From Eimeria praecox (Eukaryota), in NCBI GenBank assembly GCA_963920595.1, contig OY986947.1, positions 5,022,001-5,086,000 of the forward strand: 64,000 nt of DNA, read 5' to 3'. This document shows positions 43,809 to 57,200 of this stretch, in pieces. The notes under the pieces were generated by a model that did no database searches, was not told where the DNA came from, and was given only the letters and a program-made list of their open reading frames with translations. Made by a program: the position numbers and the translations under genes. Each line of letters opens with the position of its first letter. The stretch's first letter is position 1.

Positions 43809-46726
43809 ATGGGACAAAATGAATTAATTAAACGGTTGATTTGTCTCTTTCATTATTAAGAGGGGCCCAGAGCACGAGAGCAGCCACACAAGCGGCCGTA
43901 GCCTTTTTGCCTCTGGCCCGCTGTTTGGCACTGAGTGGTTCATGCGACCTCGGTCTCTGTTGCTACTGAGTCTGTCTCTCTTATCTCTGCAATGTTTACC
44001 ATCAAATAGAGTATTACTTCATGTTAGAGTATCTTTCGCTGTAGGAGTGTGACAGAAAAGGCTGCAGTCCTCATACAAGCCTCCGCGTCGGACAGAACAC
44101 GTTCGGCCCCGACCGAACCGCCTTCCTCACCTTCTGTTTCCCGCATCGTCAACCTTGAAAGCCTGTTTTGGAAATGCTACGAAGAACTTGAGCTCAGCAA
44201 TTTTCAACATCAGCACGGAGGTGCAACAACAAAACCTTGGTGCTTATCCCCTCCCATCCCCTGGACCACCCGCGAAACAACAGAAATGTGTGAGTCTAGG
44301 ACGCGACTTTTCCCTCATAAAAAGGTTCCTTCTGTAGCGGCCCTTCTACGAAGTGCTGGAGGAGTGTCTGTTGGCCCTATCCTGAATGCTGCCAAGCTAA
44401 AGGCTCTCCTTTTGGCTGACGGCAATTCCGCTCGGAAATGGAAAGCCTTAGATCTTTCCAACAGTAACATCAGAAAGGTGAGCAGAGGTTATCCACAAGC
44501 CATTTGCCTATATGTTGCAGTGTTCGTGTGTTTCATCTCAAGCACATAAATGGGAATCCTAGTGATATATGTACTGTGTGCATGCATTCAGATAGAGCTT
44601 TCTTTAGGCGAAGTTGCAGCTCTAGACTTCGAATGTCTGACGCACCTTGACTTGAATGGAAACCTGTTGGTCTCTCTTGATGGCCATACGCTGCCTTTTC
44701 CCCATCTGCAAGTATTGCGAGCCAGCAATTGCCGCATCAACACCGTCACAAATTTTGGCTCCCACTTCCGACTTCGCCAGTTGGACATTAGCGGCAACCA
44801 GCTCACAAACATAATGTAAGGGAGAGTACTTTGATGCCTAACCAAGAAAACGTTCTATGCAGTTTGCCGACAGGCAAGATCATATGCGGCAGCTGGCGGC
44901 TCTCCCTTATGAAAACTTTCTGCGTAGTTTGTCGGTGATGTTGCCCCCCTCGCAGAAATCTCTCCAATACTCCTTTGCGTTTCACACTCCGCGAGCTGAA
45001 TTTGGCTAGGAACCAAATAAGGTAAGGAAATGTGCTTGGGAGTCATGCGGCAGGTACATGCATTTAGTGGATTCACAAGACGCCCAGTCTTGCTGTATTT
45101 CCTTCCAGCACTTGCCTATATAGGATTACCTAAACGCCCATAACTACACACGAGTGATAATACAATCCATACGGAGATGAGGGTTCTAGTCTGCAGCTGA
45201 GTGTACACGCCTGTCATGCCAGATGAGAATCTGCCATGTTTGTCATTTGGCTTTTGCGGCTCAGCGAATTTAAAGGCCTCGCTCCTTTGAGCACATTCAG
45301 CTCCCTCGAGATTTTGGATTTAAGGCAAAACCCCCTTTGCAATTTTGGGAATGTAGTAAGCTTGCTTTGTGCACCTCTTTGTGGTCTGCCCTTTACTCAG
45401 CAGGCGTTCCCTCTGACTAGTGACTGTCTAGCACAGCGGTGTCGTGTTTCTCAGGCTGAGGGATTTGCGCTGATTTGTTGCACAAATCTGTGCCAACTTA
45501 ACGGTCACACAGTTTCACCAGGAGTGCGGGAGGCTGTAGAAGCCTGGGCTCTGGATGAACCGTGCGGCCGCGCCACTGTGGCAACTGTGGAAGCTTTCCG
45601 GGAAGCCCTTCAGCATCCAGAAGGTAATTAACCAGTTTAGGTAAAATATCTGTCTTAGAGGAGAGCTGTTGAGCTGTTGTATCCCGAGTATCGGAGTAAA
45701 TACGGTGTTGTCTACATTCCTCATGCTTTATCAGGTCCTTCACTGCTTTGCGCAACGAGCCACCCGCCGATGATGGGACGTCTCAACAAGATGCGAAGCG
45801 CTACGGCCAGATCCGAGTTATCATGCAACGGAACAGCTAATGCCTCAGTGAACTGCGATGCCGACCTTTCTGATGCAGTATACCCAAAGGAACGCGCACC
45901 GAAGGAAGAGGGTTGTCGGCCTGCTCGCTCGTATTCCTGTTTGCATTCAGAGGTTAAAAAGGGGCTCCGCACCGTTATGACGCGCGCAGTTCCCTCAGCA
46001 TCGCAAACACCTGCTGAGTCACCGCCGGAAAAAAACATCGGTAGTGGCTGCTTTTCGTCGGACCCGCCCTCATTGGCTCCAAGCTGTGCAGCCCAACAAT
46101 GCAAAAAGGCTACAGAGCTATGTCAAGCATGTGCTGGCGGAAAGTGCAAACAGCGAAATACGGACTGCCCTTGTGATGGCTTGCCGGACAGTCTAAGTGG
46201 CGCCCCTGTGCTTCTGAAACGCAAAACGGGGATGGTACAGGCAGGGAGCCAGCTTGATGGATTCCCGGAGGAGCAGTGCAAGGTGTCTCTACGCCAGACA
46301 ATAATTCACATCCAGGACTACCATAACGCATCTGGACTGGGATTCAAGGCAGGCGGCGCCCACACAAAGGCAGCTTCATTATGTGAATGCAGAAGCGCTA
46401 ATAGGGAACGCCTCACCTGCTGCGCAGGCACACAGACACCCATTGGATGGATGCGCCCTCTAGAATATCCAAGCAGCAGCTCCTCTTCAGAAGGTTCTGC
46501 AGACTGTGATGGCATAAAATGTGAAGAAGGAGCTCTCTGGAAGATCAGTCCTCCAACTCAACCTGCAGATGATTATCCGACGGCCTCCCCAAAGGGCAGG
46601 GAGGCACTGGGAGGAAGCCCTAGAGTTGCACTGGAGAAGGCGATTTCAGAGCAGGAGGCACTTGAGAGTGTACAGCGTGTGAAGAAGGGAAATGCTGAAG
46701 AAGAGGGAACTTGCAAAATGCATTAA
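43809..46726 (+). CDS. Leucine-rich repeat protein (SDS22-like LRRs plus LRR cap, disordered C-terminus)
   Basis: Exons 44045-44477, 44592-44815, 44956-45021, 45265-45355, 45455-45623 and 45735-46726 are phase-consistent. A first exon at 43809-43834 (MGQNELIKR) is tentative. LxxLxLxxNxL repeats: WKALDLSNSNI, LTHLDLNGNLL, LQVLRASNCRI, LRQLDISGNQL, LRELNLARNQI, LEILDLRQNPL; cap TNLCQLNGHTVS. Confidence 0.8.
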
Positions 46727-47800
46727 AAGCCAAAAAGTGCATCCGTGTGTGAAAGTAGGTGAAGCACTGCCGGTGGAAATCGCGCTTGCTCACAAGTCTT
46801 GCATATAACGATACGTGAAACAAGGAGGCCACTTGTTTTTTAGTTTGTTTATAAAAGTAGGTGCCATGTGTCACTTATTGCCTTAATTCAATGATTTTTC
46901 TTGTCAGCCTGATGAGTCAGCTTGGCAACGTCGGATTGGCTCGTTTTATAAGGTGTCTTCAATATGCATGCAGCTGAGCTTTTACTATTTACCGTCCTAT
47001 AGTATTGTAACAAGAAGAACTGTAGCCACGATTATTGAACATTCAGCACACCAGGGGGGGATAGTCTGTCGATGCAGGATGCAGCCGGCCCCATTAGACT
47101 GCTTACGGAGGGGGTTAGGCCCTAGTAGCGCCCTTCAGTTTCGCTTGCCTCCATATAGATTACTGCGAAAGGCCTATTAATGCTACCGAATTCCAGCGCA
47201 AGGAGTGCGGAGTTTCACACTTAGCAGGTTAGCCGAATGTGTAGCTGCAAGGCCAGTAGCGCGAAGGTAGGAGTTGAAATCAGTAGCACTGAACTCAGAA
47301 AAAGTCTCTTCACTTTAATTAGTCAGGGTTTAGCTTGTGAGTTTGTTCATATATCGACGGAGCATCGGTTTGTATGACCAAGCGCCGTCGGTGTCCAGTA
47401 GAGGACCACAGGCTCAACCGCCACTATAGTGTATGTCTCATATGTTTAAGCCGTTGGTAGGGCCCCAAAAGAGCACGTGGCTCTAAAATTTCTACTAAGA
47501 TGGTGAAAAGAGCCAAAGGATTTAGGGGCAGTCCATTAGCTTATTAGCTTGAGCTTCAAAAGAGAGCAGACCAGGATGGTCCAAGGCACCGAGGCGCCCG
47601 CGAGCATGCCGACGACGACGGCACTTTTCACTTGGCAAGTGGCAAAACCTGCAAAAATACTGTTGACTTCTTACGGAAAGATAGTGTTTCTATTCTTATA
47701 GCTTAAGTTAGGCAACTCTTTACATTTTCGTACGAGCCAAAGGCCTATCGGAGAGCGGATGCACCAGATCCGCATGAGCTAACGCGCACTGGGGAGTCTC

Positions 47801-50686
47801 ATGTCCAACGCTTGTCAAGGACTCCCTCCCTTTCTTGCGCTGCTGGGAACGAAGATGGCAACGTTTTGTGCGGTTTTACTGTTGTCATTCGGCCTCATTT
47901 ACGATGGACACAATGGTGCCGCATCCGCCTCTGAAGGGGCCCCGCTGCCGTTCGGCTCCGCCGGCGAAGGCACTAAAGGTTCCTTCATTCAGAATGCAAA
48001 CCCATATTTATCAGGTATTGCTCGCCTTGGAAGACGTGGAAGTCGTTTTCATGGAGTGCTCCAACAAGACGGTGCCCTCCTTCGCGGGAATGCCAGTACC
48101 ACAGAACACCTAGCACGCTTGGAAATGCCTCAAGAATCTTTCCTGCAGCTTCAGTCAGATCTTGAAGATTCGGAATCGAATGAGTCTGAAGAACTAGGAA
48201 AGTCATCAACTGCTGCAGGGGGCTCTCATCTGGAGAAAGAAAAAGAGCCACCTCAAGCCGGCCGGCAAACAAAACGCCCTCATGAGGAAAATCAGGAAGC
48301 CACAACGACATCTAAGGAAGAGGCCGGAACGGCGGCTGAAGAGGAATCCAAGTCCTTGTCTGCAGAGGAAGAAGGGAGCCAGGCAAGTGGTGAAGAGCAT
48401 GCTTCTCGGAGTACTGCAGGGGTAGCCAAAGGCCATGCAGAAGGCGAAGGAGGAAGCTCCGAGAGAGCCAGCCACACAGACGAAGACGAGCAAGGGCAAG
48501 TCTTGCACGAATCTGGCAAGGAGGATAAAGGGAAAACCGCTCATGCAAAGGCAAAGCCACATGAACATGAGGAAGAAGGGATCAGCGAGCACGAGAAGGC
48601 AAAGCCGCATGAACCTGTCGAAGAGGAAGAAGAGACAGCTGAACACGAGAAGCCAAAGCCACACAAACCTGCTCATGAGGCAGAAAGAACCAATGGACAC
48701 GAGGAGGCAACGACAAAAGCGCAGAAACACGGCCGTGGACCAGTCGAGGTCAGCCACGAGACGGAGTTTGACATCCTAATCAGTCGGCTTCGACCCTTAC
48801 TCAGATCTGCAAAAGGCAAAGAGCTCTATGGAAGGCTGTTAACGATGATAGACCTGCATGGTAACTTTCTTCACGAATGAAAAGTGTCTTGCTCCCAATT
48901 CAACAGAGTGAACACCGCACTTTCATCACCAATACTAACACAATTCTCGAGATTAACGATGCGGTTTTTAGAGTTCTTTTGGTTGCAAAGTTATACGCGC
49001 ACAGGGCATTCAGAGGACGATTCAAAGGGTCTTCTATAGGGCTCATGCTTCTTGCATCTCTGGAAAGGGTGCCATTGCTTTCGGTTAATTGAAAGAGTGC
49101 TGGAGCTTCGTTTGGCTTTTTTTTGTGTGCACGCAGAAAAGACGCTGGAGGCAGAAGAAGAACTCAAATCAGAGGCAGAGAAGGAGAAGGCTAAAAACGA
49201 AGAGGCTCTGATGGAAAAGATCATCTCGAGCGCTGCGAGCCAGGAGGTAAGGATATTCTTCTCACGATTTACCGCTCAAGGGTACCTAAAAGAAGGACAT
49301 ACGTAATTTAAGCTTTCTAGGCAAAGCACTAGCTCGGAAATACTGTTTGACAGTAGTGTGGAGGCTGTAAAATGGGCTTTGCGTGTAGGATCTCTTGTTG
49401 ACCCAGCAACTGAGCAACATGTGGGTTCTGCCTTTCTACGAAGAAGCCAAGCGCGAGACATGCCTATCTGGATTTGAAAAGCTGGCCCACGAAGTAAATT
49501 TAGATGCACTATATGTTCCGTTGAGGAGTCAAAGAGCTGCAGCTTTCACCAAAAGCATTGTTTATTACACTGTTAACCTTCACAGAACAACTGAACAACT
49601 GCTTCTGCAATGACGCGCTTCTGCGTTGTAGGCAACGATTACTTGCTCCGATCCCCAATGCTTTAAGCTTGAAACCCAAGCACAGCAGTGCCATTACATG
49701 TCGATTGCGTCCATTATGCGCAAAGAGGACTTCGACGCTCAAACAGGACAGCCGAAAAGTACGAAAATGGCTCATCTTCAAGCAGCAAAGGACCATATGC
49801 TTTTGGGATTCGATGGAGAATGCCGAAAGCCGGAAACGCTGGGTTCTGAGATACTCACCATGCTGCAGGTAAAAGAAATATCCACGATCTCACATGCATT
49901 TTACCTTTGTGTTGCACCGAACACAGCACACCCATAATCTGGTACATCTAACTCATACGGAGGCCTAAGAGTTTAACTTTGAGTCGGGTACCGAATGACG
50001 CTATTCGTGAAGCCGGCAGCAACTTCTGTTGCAACGTTTTTACTAAATCTGCATTGCTTTTCGTGTTTGCGTGCGGCACAGCATCCAAAGAACTTGGCCA
50101 AAAAGCACACCCTGGAACGCTCAACAGGCAGCGGAGGAACTGTTCCTCTCCAGAAGCACCATCTAGACCTTATCTGCGACGCCGAAGAGAAGACGGAATG
50201 TAAGCAACCATCAATGGATATTGATAGCGTTATTCCTTAGTCGCGTACGTTTTCGAACGAAGCATTCCTGCGAACACTTTCCTGTGACTGCTGGATTCGC
50301 AGATCCTTCTTGCAAGACCGTATATGAGGCCCTCCAGCATGTCACAGAGCCGAAACCCCGGGTATGTGCAGCCTCACTTTGGGTCATACACCAGCCAGTA
50401 CAACTGAAATGGAGAGAGGAGAATGCTTGTCCATGAGCGAACTGTTTCTATTGCTTATTTACAGGCTCTGCCAGAACTGTTGGTCTTGACGGACATCAAA
50501 GACTTGAAGAATACTTTGGGCTTGTACAGGATTACCTTCCTCTTTGAAGGACTTGTTCAATTTGCCACCCCAGATGGAGCTAAAGTCGACGCCTCTCAGC
50601 ACAAGCTCCCAGCAGAAGAGGCGGAATTCATGCGCAAGCACAGGCATCAAGACATATCAACTACAGTGATGCTAAAACCAGAATAA
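47801..50686 (+). CDS. Secreted protein, rhoptry/rhoptry-neck-like (signal peptide, SFIQ/SFLQ sites, Glu/His/Lys-rich linker, Cys-containing C-terminal domain); 7 exons, ~620-636 aa
   Basis: Exons 47801 (or ATG 47855)-48860, 49137-49246, 49389-49493, 49632-49868, 50082-50199, 50303-50361 and 50465-50686, all GT-AG and phase-consistent. Signal-like segment MATFCAVLLLSFGLIY...AASA. Confidence 0.8.
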
Positions 50687-53600
50687 AAGCTCTTGCAGAA
50701 AAAGCAAAATGGGAATCTAAGCCTGGAAGCAGACCCCAGCCGAATTATAAAGCCTTCCCCATGACCTCAGATTGAGCAGGCTTGCAATTTTTTTGGCCGT
50801 CAGGCTTCGTGGGGATGCGGTAAATTATGCCGTATCAGGGAAACAGAGCAAACCAATCGGTTTCCTCTTTTTTGTTCACCTGTATGCATTGTTTTTTTAA
50901 ACCAAGAACTAAAGTTCATTGCAGTGGTTCGGCACCTGATATAAGCCAATTTAATATCAGCTACTGCGCGGGTTCGTCATGTACCTCTGGCTTGTGGCTT
51001 TGGGAGGCCAGCTGAAAAGTTAGCGTTTGCAGAGTGGACGAACGCAGTAGTCAGCTGGGTTGGACAGGCGAGTCCCTCCTCCCTGTTTCAGTCCATTGCC
51101 GGGGGAGGGGGCAAATTGCTGCAGGTAAGCGAATGCATACTATGATGTGCCATGCGCCCATAGTACGCTAGCTTAAGCATTACTAACACAACTTTAAGTT
51201 TGCTTGGTCGTGTTCCACATCATTCCTTCATCCAGCCAGCTCAGACAGCCAGCACGAGGGAAGACAAAGACAGCGGCATGCTATTGTTGGTACGCTGTAG
51301 CAAGAAACACTCCACACAGGATTGAAAAGATGCGAGGGCGGCTTGCACGCAAAGCAAAATGGGCTACTATGCAGCGTGCCAGCAAGACAAGCGGTATCGT
51401 AGGATCCCAGAGAGTCTTTGCTGTTCATTCGGCTATATTTGAGCTTGGTTTCTGCCCTGGCGCTGGAAAATTGAGGAGAGTCTTACCGTCGAGCCTCTTC
51501 CCTTAAATTTCGCTGGTGTGACAAGTCTTGTCTGGGTTGGTGCATGCATTTCAACCTGCGTTGGCAAGTAAGGGCTAAACAGTTGTCTACTACAGCATTG
51601 GTGTACGTTTTCATATGGGGTTTCCTTGCAGCGGCAGTAGCAGCAACGAACGCTGCAGCTCATTGCGAGACACTTGGTCTACGCACCAGCCCCAGGCCTT
51701 AGTAACACTGGGCGAAGGCCGCCTGGAGAAGACTGGGAAAGCAACTGGTTTTAGGGGGACCTTCAGTGCTTTTTGAATCAGTTGCTATTCCCACAGGCCC
51801 TTGGAAAAGAACAAGGACTCTCGTTACTTTCGGTAGCACCTCATGGCTGAATGGGACAGGCGCGGGCTGCAAATATCGGATCGACGGCGAGGCGGGTTCA
51901 TGAACTCACTTAATAGTCGCAGAGGTACTTACCTTGAGGAAAAATGGGAATGGCTAGACACTGAAAAGGCTCCTTTAAAATTTGGCCTTCCCTCTTCCTC
52001 TTGAATAATCGAGAATGTTGAAGTATTTCCCCCCAGAGGGAAAGCGACCAACGGCAGGATGCCTTCTCTGACTAGAAGGTAGTATACCGCTCACGGCGGT
52101 CATCGGTTAAGGCTGCGACCAGCTGTTACAGCTTCAGAGCGAAATGATGAAGATTGTGCTGCCCCTTTGAATCTGGTTCTATGGTGTACAGCCTTTGCTT
52201 TGCTCTTCCGCCTACTAGGGTAGGGGATGATACATGCATCCCTAGGTTGAGAGCGAGTCATATGTTCACTCACTAATCGGGCGAAGGCCTTTCAAAACTT
52301 CAGAACAGAGAAGTTCTGAGTTGTGACTGACACTATGGGAAAAAAACAAGTCACCGTGCTGGCTTTGTGGTTAAGCTGCCACCACCTACGGCATGAGCGC
52401 AGAACGTTAACACCTTGAGTGCGCGAGGGCATGAAGTATCAGTCGTCAATTTACGAGGGTTTGCTAGCCAGCTGTTCTTTTGTTCGTACTTACCATTTGA
52501 AGTACACAAACTGATCACTCTGATACAGCTATTTTGCGAGATGTGGCAAGCAGCCATAGAACTTCTCCCCCTCACCTTCGCCGAAGCATGCATTTGCCCC
52601 GTTTTGTTACGGTTGAAGAACCAAGGGTTCAGGCGCAGTAGAGGGCTCTTGGATGGCTTCCATTAGAAAATTTGGTAGCGGCGGTATGTTATGCAGCTAG
52701 TAACTAAACAAGCTTCGACTATCCGTGTGTGTGTTGTTGCCACGATGTAGGTGGCAACTAGAACGCTGGAGAGGAGTTGTGTGCTTGATATGATCCCCCT
52801 TTATATCCTCATTCAGCTACAGCATTCATGCTCAACATTCTCAGAGGAATAAAAGTACCCACAAGCAGCTTCCTAGAGCAGACATACCCCCCAGGCGTCC
52901 GAGACCATCGTTAGTGTTGCATCGTACGTCTGCTGGCCCATCACAAGGTAGATGCACCACACAGGGTCCCCTTCTTCATCAGGACCCTGATGCTATGGAA
53001 ACACTGAAATACTTTTCAGTTATTGTGTTTTGCGCAACTGGCTGATGAATCGTGGTCTGGGCTCTTGCACGCCATTAGATGCCGTACCGGCGCGCGATCG
53101 TGCCGGCGCATTTGTCCGGGCGGTCTGCCTACCTGAGGGAAGTAACAACCATTGGTACTTTGTAAAACGGGTAGTGATGATATTGACAAGGAGGTAATTA
53201 TAGTATCGCGCCTTCTTAGGATCTCTCCTTGCGTGGCGACGTAGTGCCGGCTGGGACTGCTGCTGCGTGGGAGGCAGCGAGCAGTGAGCCGAAAACAGAA
53301 AAGTTTATTTTGTTTGATTTGTTTAGGGATTTTGGAATATTATGTGCAGTTAGATACAACTGCTTATTTTTTTCCTCGCAGATTACTGCCTAGGCCCTTC
53401 CTCTATAGGGACAGTCGCGCGAGTCCGCCGAATCGACACGGTCGGTAGCCTCCGTGGGCAAAGTGGTAGTGGTCCAGACCTGCATCTCTGGATCTTTGGA
53501 TTTGAATTACGGTAAGAGACCTAAAGAGTTAGACCAGGAGAAGGTATCGAAGAAGCTGAAGCTCCCCTGTGCCCCTAGAGCCGTCCGCCGTAGGCAGGTA

Positions 53601-54201
53601 GACCCAGTGAGTTGCTTTCTGTACACGCACACCTCCGGCAGCGTTAAATCAGCCGCTCCTACACCCCGACCGCATTATCCCCCTATATTGAAATGGAGGT
53701 CAACTCATGCGTTTCATATAGCCAGAAGGAGAGCAGCGAGGTGTTCTCCGTTGGGCCCTTCGTGATGGTTCCAAAGCCGCCGCACAATAGTTGAAGTCAT
53801 GCTGATGTGACTAACGCATTTCGTCTTACGTGGGGAGCAGGCTTAGTGGCCAGAGCCCTAGTTATTCGCTAAGCGGTTCCACGCATGAGGACTGTTCTGC
53901 GTGAGTATGTGCATGGCATTCCCTCTATGCTTCCTCTCCTGCTTTCTGCAGGGCTCTCGACCCCGTCTTCGGAGGGTAGGCCGACTAAGGCGTGTCCAAC
54001 TACTAACCGTCTCCTCTGTGCTTTGCGCGGTAGGTATTGTTCCGACTGAGCTTGTTCCCAGTAGCCCTTGTAGCCCTTTGATTGCAAAAGATAACTTACA
54101 GGTGTGTAGATAGCAGACCACGTTCTAACAGTGCACTGATTACTAGGGAGGGATAGACGAAGAGCAAATTGCCGCCTCCAGATGAGGGGACGTACTCTGC
54201 C

Positions 54202-57200
54202 ATGTTTTGGTGGAGGCATACTGGAGGTACCCCCCCCGAGAGCTCCCCAAGCGACTGCCCTTCCACAGGAGAGTCAGGGCTGTCCCCTGCTTCTCCTGCC
54301 TTGTCGACTGATGAAGGGGCAGCACAATCAATAGCTTGGGAAGACCAAGCCAGCGGAAATGTGAGGCGAAGCGCAGACGCAGCGCCAGAGGCCCCTCTGG
54401 GGAGGCCCTCCTCCGCAACAGCCTGTGAGCGTCCGAGATCGTCAGCGCACCGACGCAGGACGAGCAGCCCGAGAAGAGGCAGGAGCCGGTTTCGAACCGG
54501 CTCCTCTATTCTGCATCCCCCAGACCTTCGAAAACTTTGCCATGAGGGAATAGATGTGAACCGTAGCGGTTCCGGGCCGCACGCTGTGGGTGGCGAGTGC
54601 CTATCCCCGCAAAGCGAGGAATACCTTAGCGCTTGTAGCGAGGCATTTAACTCTGTAGCAGCCTCAGAGGACAAAGATATGTCCTTCATGACAGGGACAG
54701 CCAGCCCTCAGTCTGACTCCGACTCCGCTGTTCGACTCCACCATGGGTCTCTCTCCAGCAGTTCTTGCATGTCCTCTACTTCCCCTCGAGTTGCTGAGGA
54801 CAGCAATCCCAGATTGCACTCTGCTCCTGAGGGCCTCGTTGGAGCATCTGTAACGGCAGCATCTCTGGCTGTCAGGTCATTGTCTCTTCCATTGCTTGGG
54901 CCCCCTATGTCAACAACAGCATCTCGCGTCCTCGCTGGGCGCCCCTTGACGCCGTTCAGATGGGTCTGTAGGAGTCCTTCCAACAATGGAAAAGGGGGAG
55001 ACGGTCAGAAGCCGTTGCATGTGCAAATGAAGGCCTTTGCAACTAAGACTTCCTTGAACACTCGCAGAAGCGCTAGCAACGGCCGTCTTACTCCCTGTTC
55101 CCTACAAGCAGCTTCAAGGAGCAGCAGCAGAGAGGTCTCGCAGGAGCATGCCCCCGGTATCAACAAGGGCAGCTTCTCGGATTATGGACCTTGCTTGGCT
55201 CGAGAGGCTCGCGGTGCTGGTAAACGGTGGGGATCTAAGTCTTTCAAAGAATTGGGGACCTCTCCGCAGGAGCTGTGCAGTCTGAGTCCCGTCGCGAAGC
55301 TCACCATACCGCATGGTGATCCTGAGCTGCTTTCAGTGGGGCTCTCCCCAAACAATCGAGACAGAGAGGATAATGACACCAGCGAGTTAAAGGAGCCCCA
55401 CGGAGGAGCATGCACCAAGTCAAAAAGCTTCCAATATGGCACGCCAGCAGCTGACGTATTCGGGCCCGTGGACCATGAGCGGCGGGGCCAGAGCTGGACC
55501 CCCCACAACACCAAGAGCTCATCGGCTCAACTACTGCCTACTTCTAACTCAGCTGACTATCTTCCTTTCCTGCTACTGAGTAGCCCCCACCCAACCGAGC
55601 CTCTCCACCCGCCTGGGGAAGCTGAACGTCACCGCGCCGGCAAGCAGTGCGGAGAGTCAAAAGTTCCTACACAAGAGAACTGCAGGGAAGCACTCCACTT
55701 GAGTCGAAGAAGGGACACTGGCGCAGTGAACCCTGGCATACTGGGAGAACAGCCGAACTTGCGCACGCCTAGAAGGATGTACAGTATCGGCAACAGCTTC
55801 AGTGTGTCCAACGGGGATGGCATCTGCGCAAGTAGCGGCATTGATAGGAATCTGCAGCAGAGCTACAAGGAGCACGGGGCTTCTCCAGTAATTGTCCAGG
55901 GGCCTGATGCATCCCCGTGCAGCAATGTGAGTTTCGCTCGGGAGTCTGCGAAGGCGGACGAAAACTTCCAGGACGCGCCGGACGTGGTTGGAGGGGAGGT
56001 GGAAGCGCCGCAGCGCGAGGTGTCACATGGCAGCGAAGGTAGAACCTCGTGTGGGGATGAGCAGCAGAGTCGGACGAGGCAGAGGGTTGCATCAGCCAGG
56101 GTTCAGGGGGCTAGTGCTTTGTCATGGAGCAATTTGGGTTTCGCGCGTGATGCTGCGGAGGCAGAAGGAAGCTTTCAGGAAGCGTCGAGCGTGGTTGGAG
56201 GGGAGATTGAAGAGTTGCAGCTTGAGGTGTCATGTGGAAAAGAGGGTAGACGCTCCTGTGGGGATACGCAGCAGAACCACACGCGCCAGAGCGCTGTGCC
56301 AGCCAATGTTCAAGAGCCTCGTGCATCCTCATGCAGCAGTTTGGCTTTTGTTGAGGAATCTGCGGAGGCGGACGGAAACTTACAGGGTTTGCCGGACGAG
56401 GGTGGAGAGGGGGCTAACGAGTTGCAGAGTGAACTGTCAAGCGAAACAGAGGGTCCAGGCTGGCGCGGCGATACACAGCAGAATCACACGAGCCAGCGCA
56501 CTGTCCCATTCAGTGTCCAGGGGGCTGCCCTATCATTGTCCAGCAGTGTGGACTCCGCGCGTAATGCTGCGGAGGCAGACGAAAGCTTTCAGGATGCATC
56601 GGACGTTGGTGAAGAGGGGGCTGGGGGACAGCAGCGTGAAATGCCACGTGGGGGCAACGGCGAAGCCTCATGCTGGGATGAGCAGCAGAGTCGGGCGAGG
56701 CAAGGCACTTCGCCAGCCAGTGTCTGTGGGCCTGGTGCATCCCCATCTAACAGTGTGGATTTCTCTCGGGAGTCTGCGGAGGAGTGCCAAAACGTGCAGA
56801 ATGCGCCGGACGTGGTCGGAGGGGAGGCAGCAGTGCCGCAGCATGAGGTATCGCGTGACAGCGAAGGCATGCGTCTTTCTGGGGATGCGCAGGAACTCCA
56901 TACGAGGCAGGGCACCCTTGTACTCAGTGTCGACGGGGCCTCCTCGCCATCTTGTCTCACGCTTAGTTTAGCGCGAGGAGCTGCGAAGCCGGAGAAGAGT
57001 TTGTACGATGAGACACCCGGGCCTAACGGCGAGGCGGGACAACCGGCTAGCGGCACATCGCATGGCAGCGATGCTACAAGCTGGTGCCATGATTTGCACC
57101 AGACTCAGGCGAATCAGGCTGCTTTACCAGCTACCAGGAAGGACGCTGGTGCGTTATCTGGTCACACTTGGGTGTTGGGGTGTGGTGCTGGGGATGGCAA

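Noticed and set aside
50700..54150. Protein-coding genes or snoRNAs between the secreted protein and the giant ORF
   Set aside because: Only short motif-less ORFs are present. Isolated TGATGA/CTGA words lack terminal stems or recognisable guides. Splice-like sites (e.g. acceptor at 53381) may belong to a 5' UTR.
54481..54505. Perfect hairpin AGGAGCCGGTT-TCG-AACCGGCTCCT as a tRNA T-arm or terminator
   Set aside because: It lies in coding sequence, with no cloverleaf or U-tract; probably a chance local inverted repeat.
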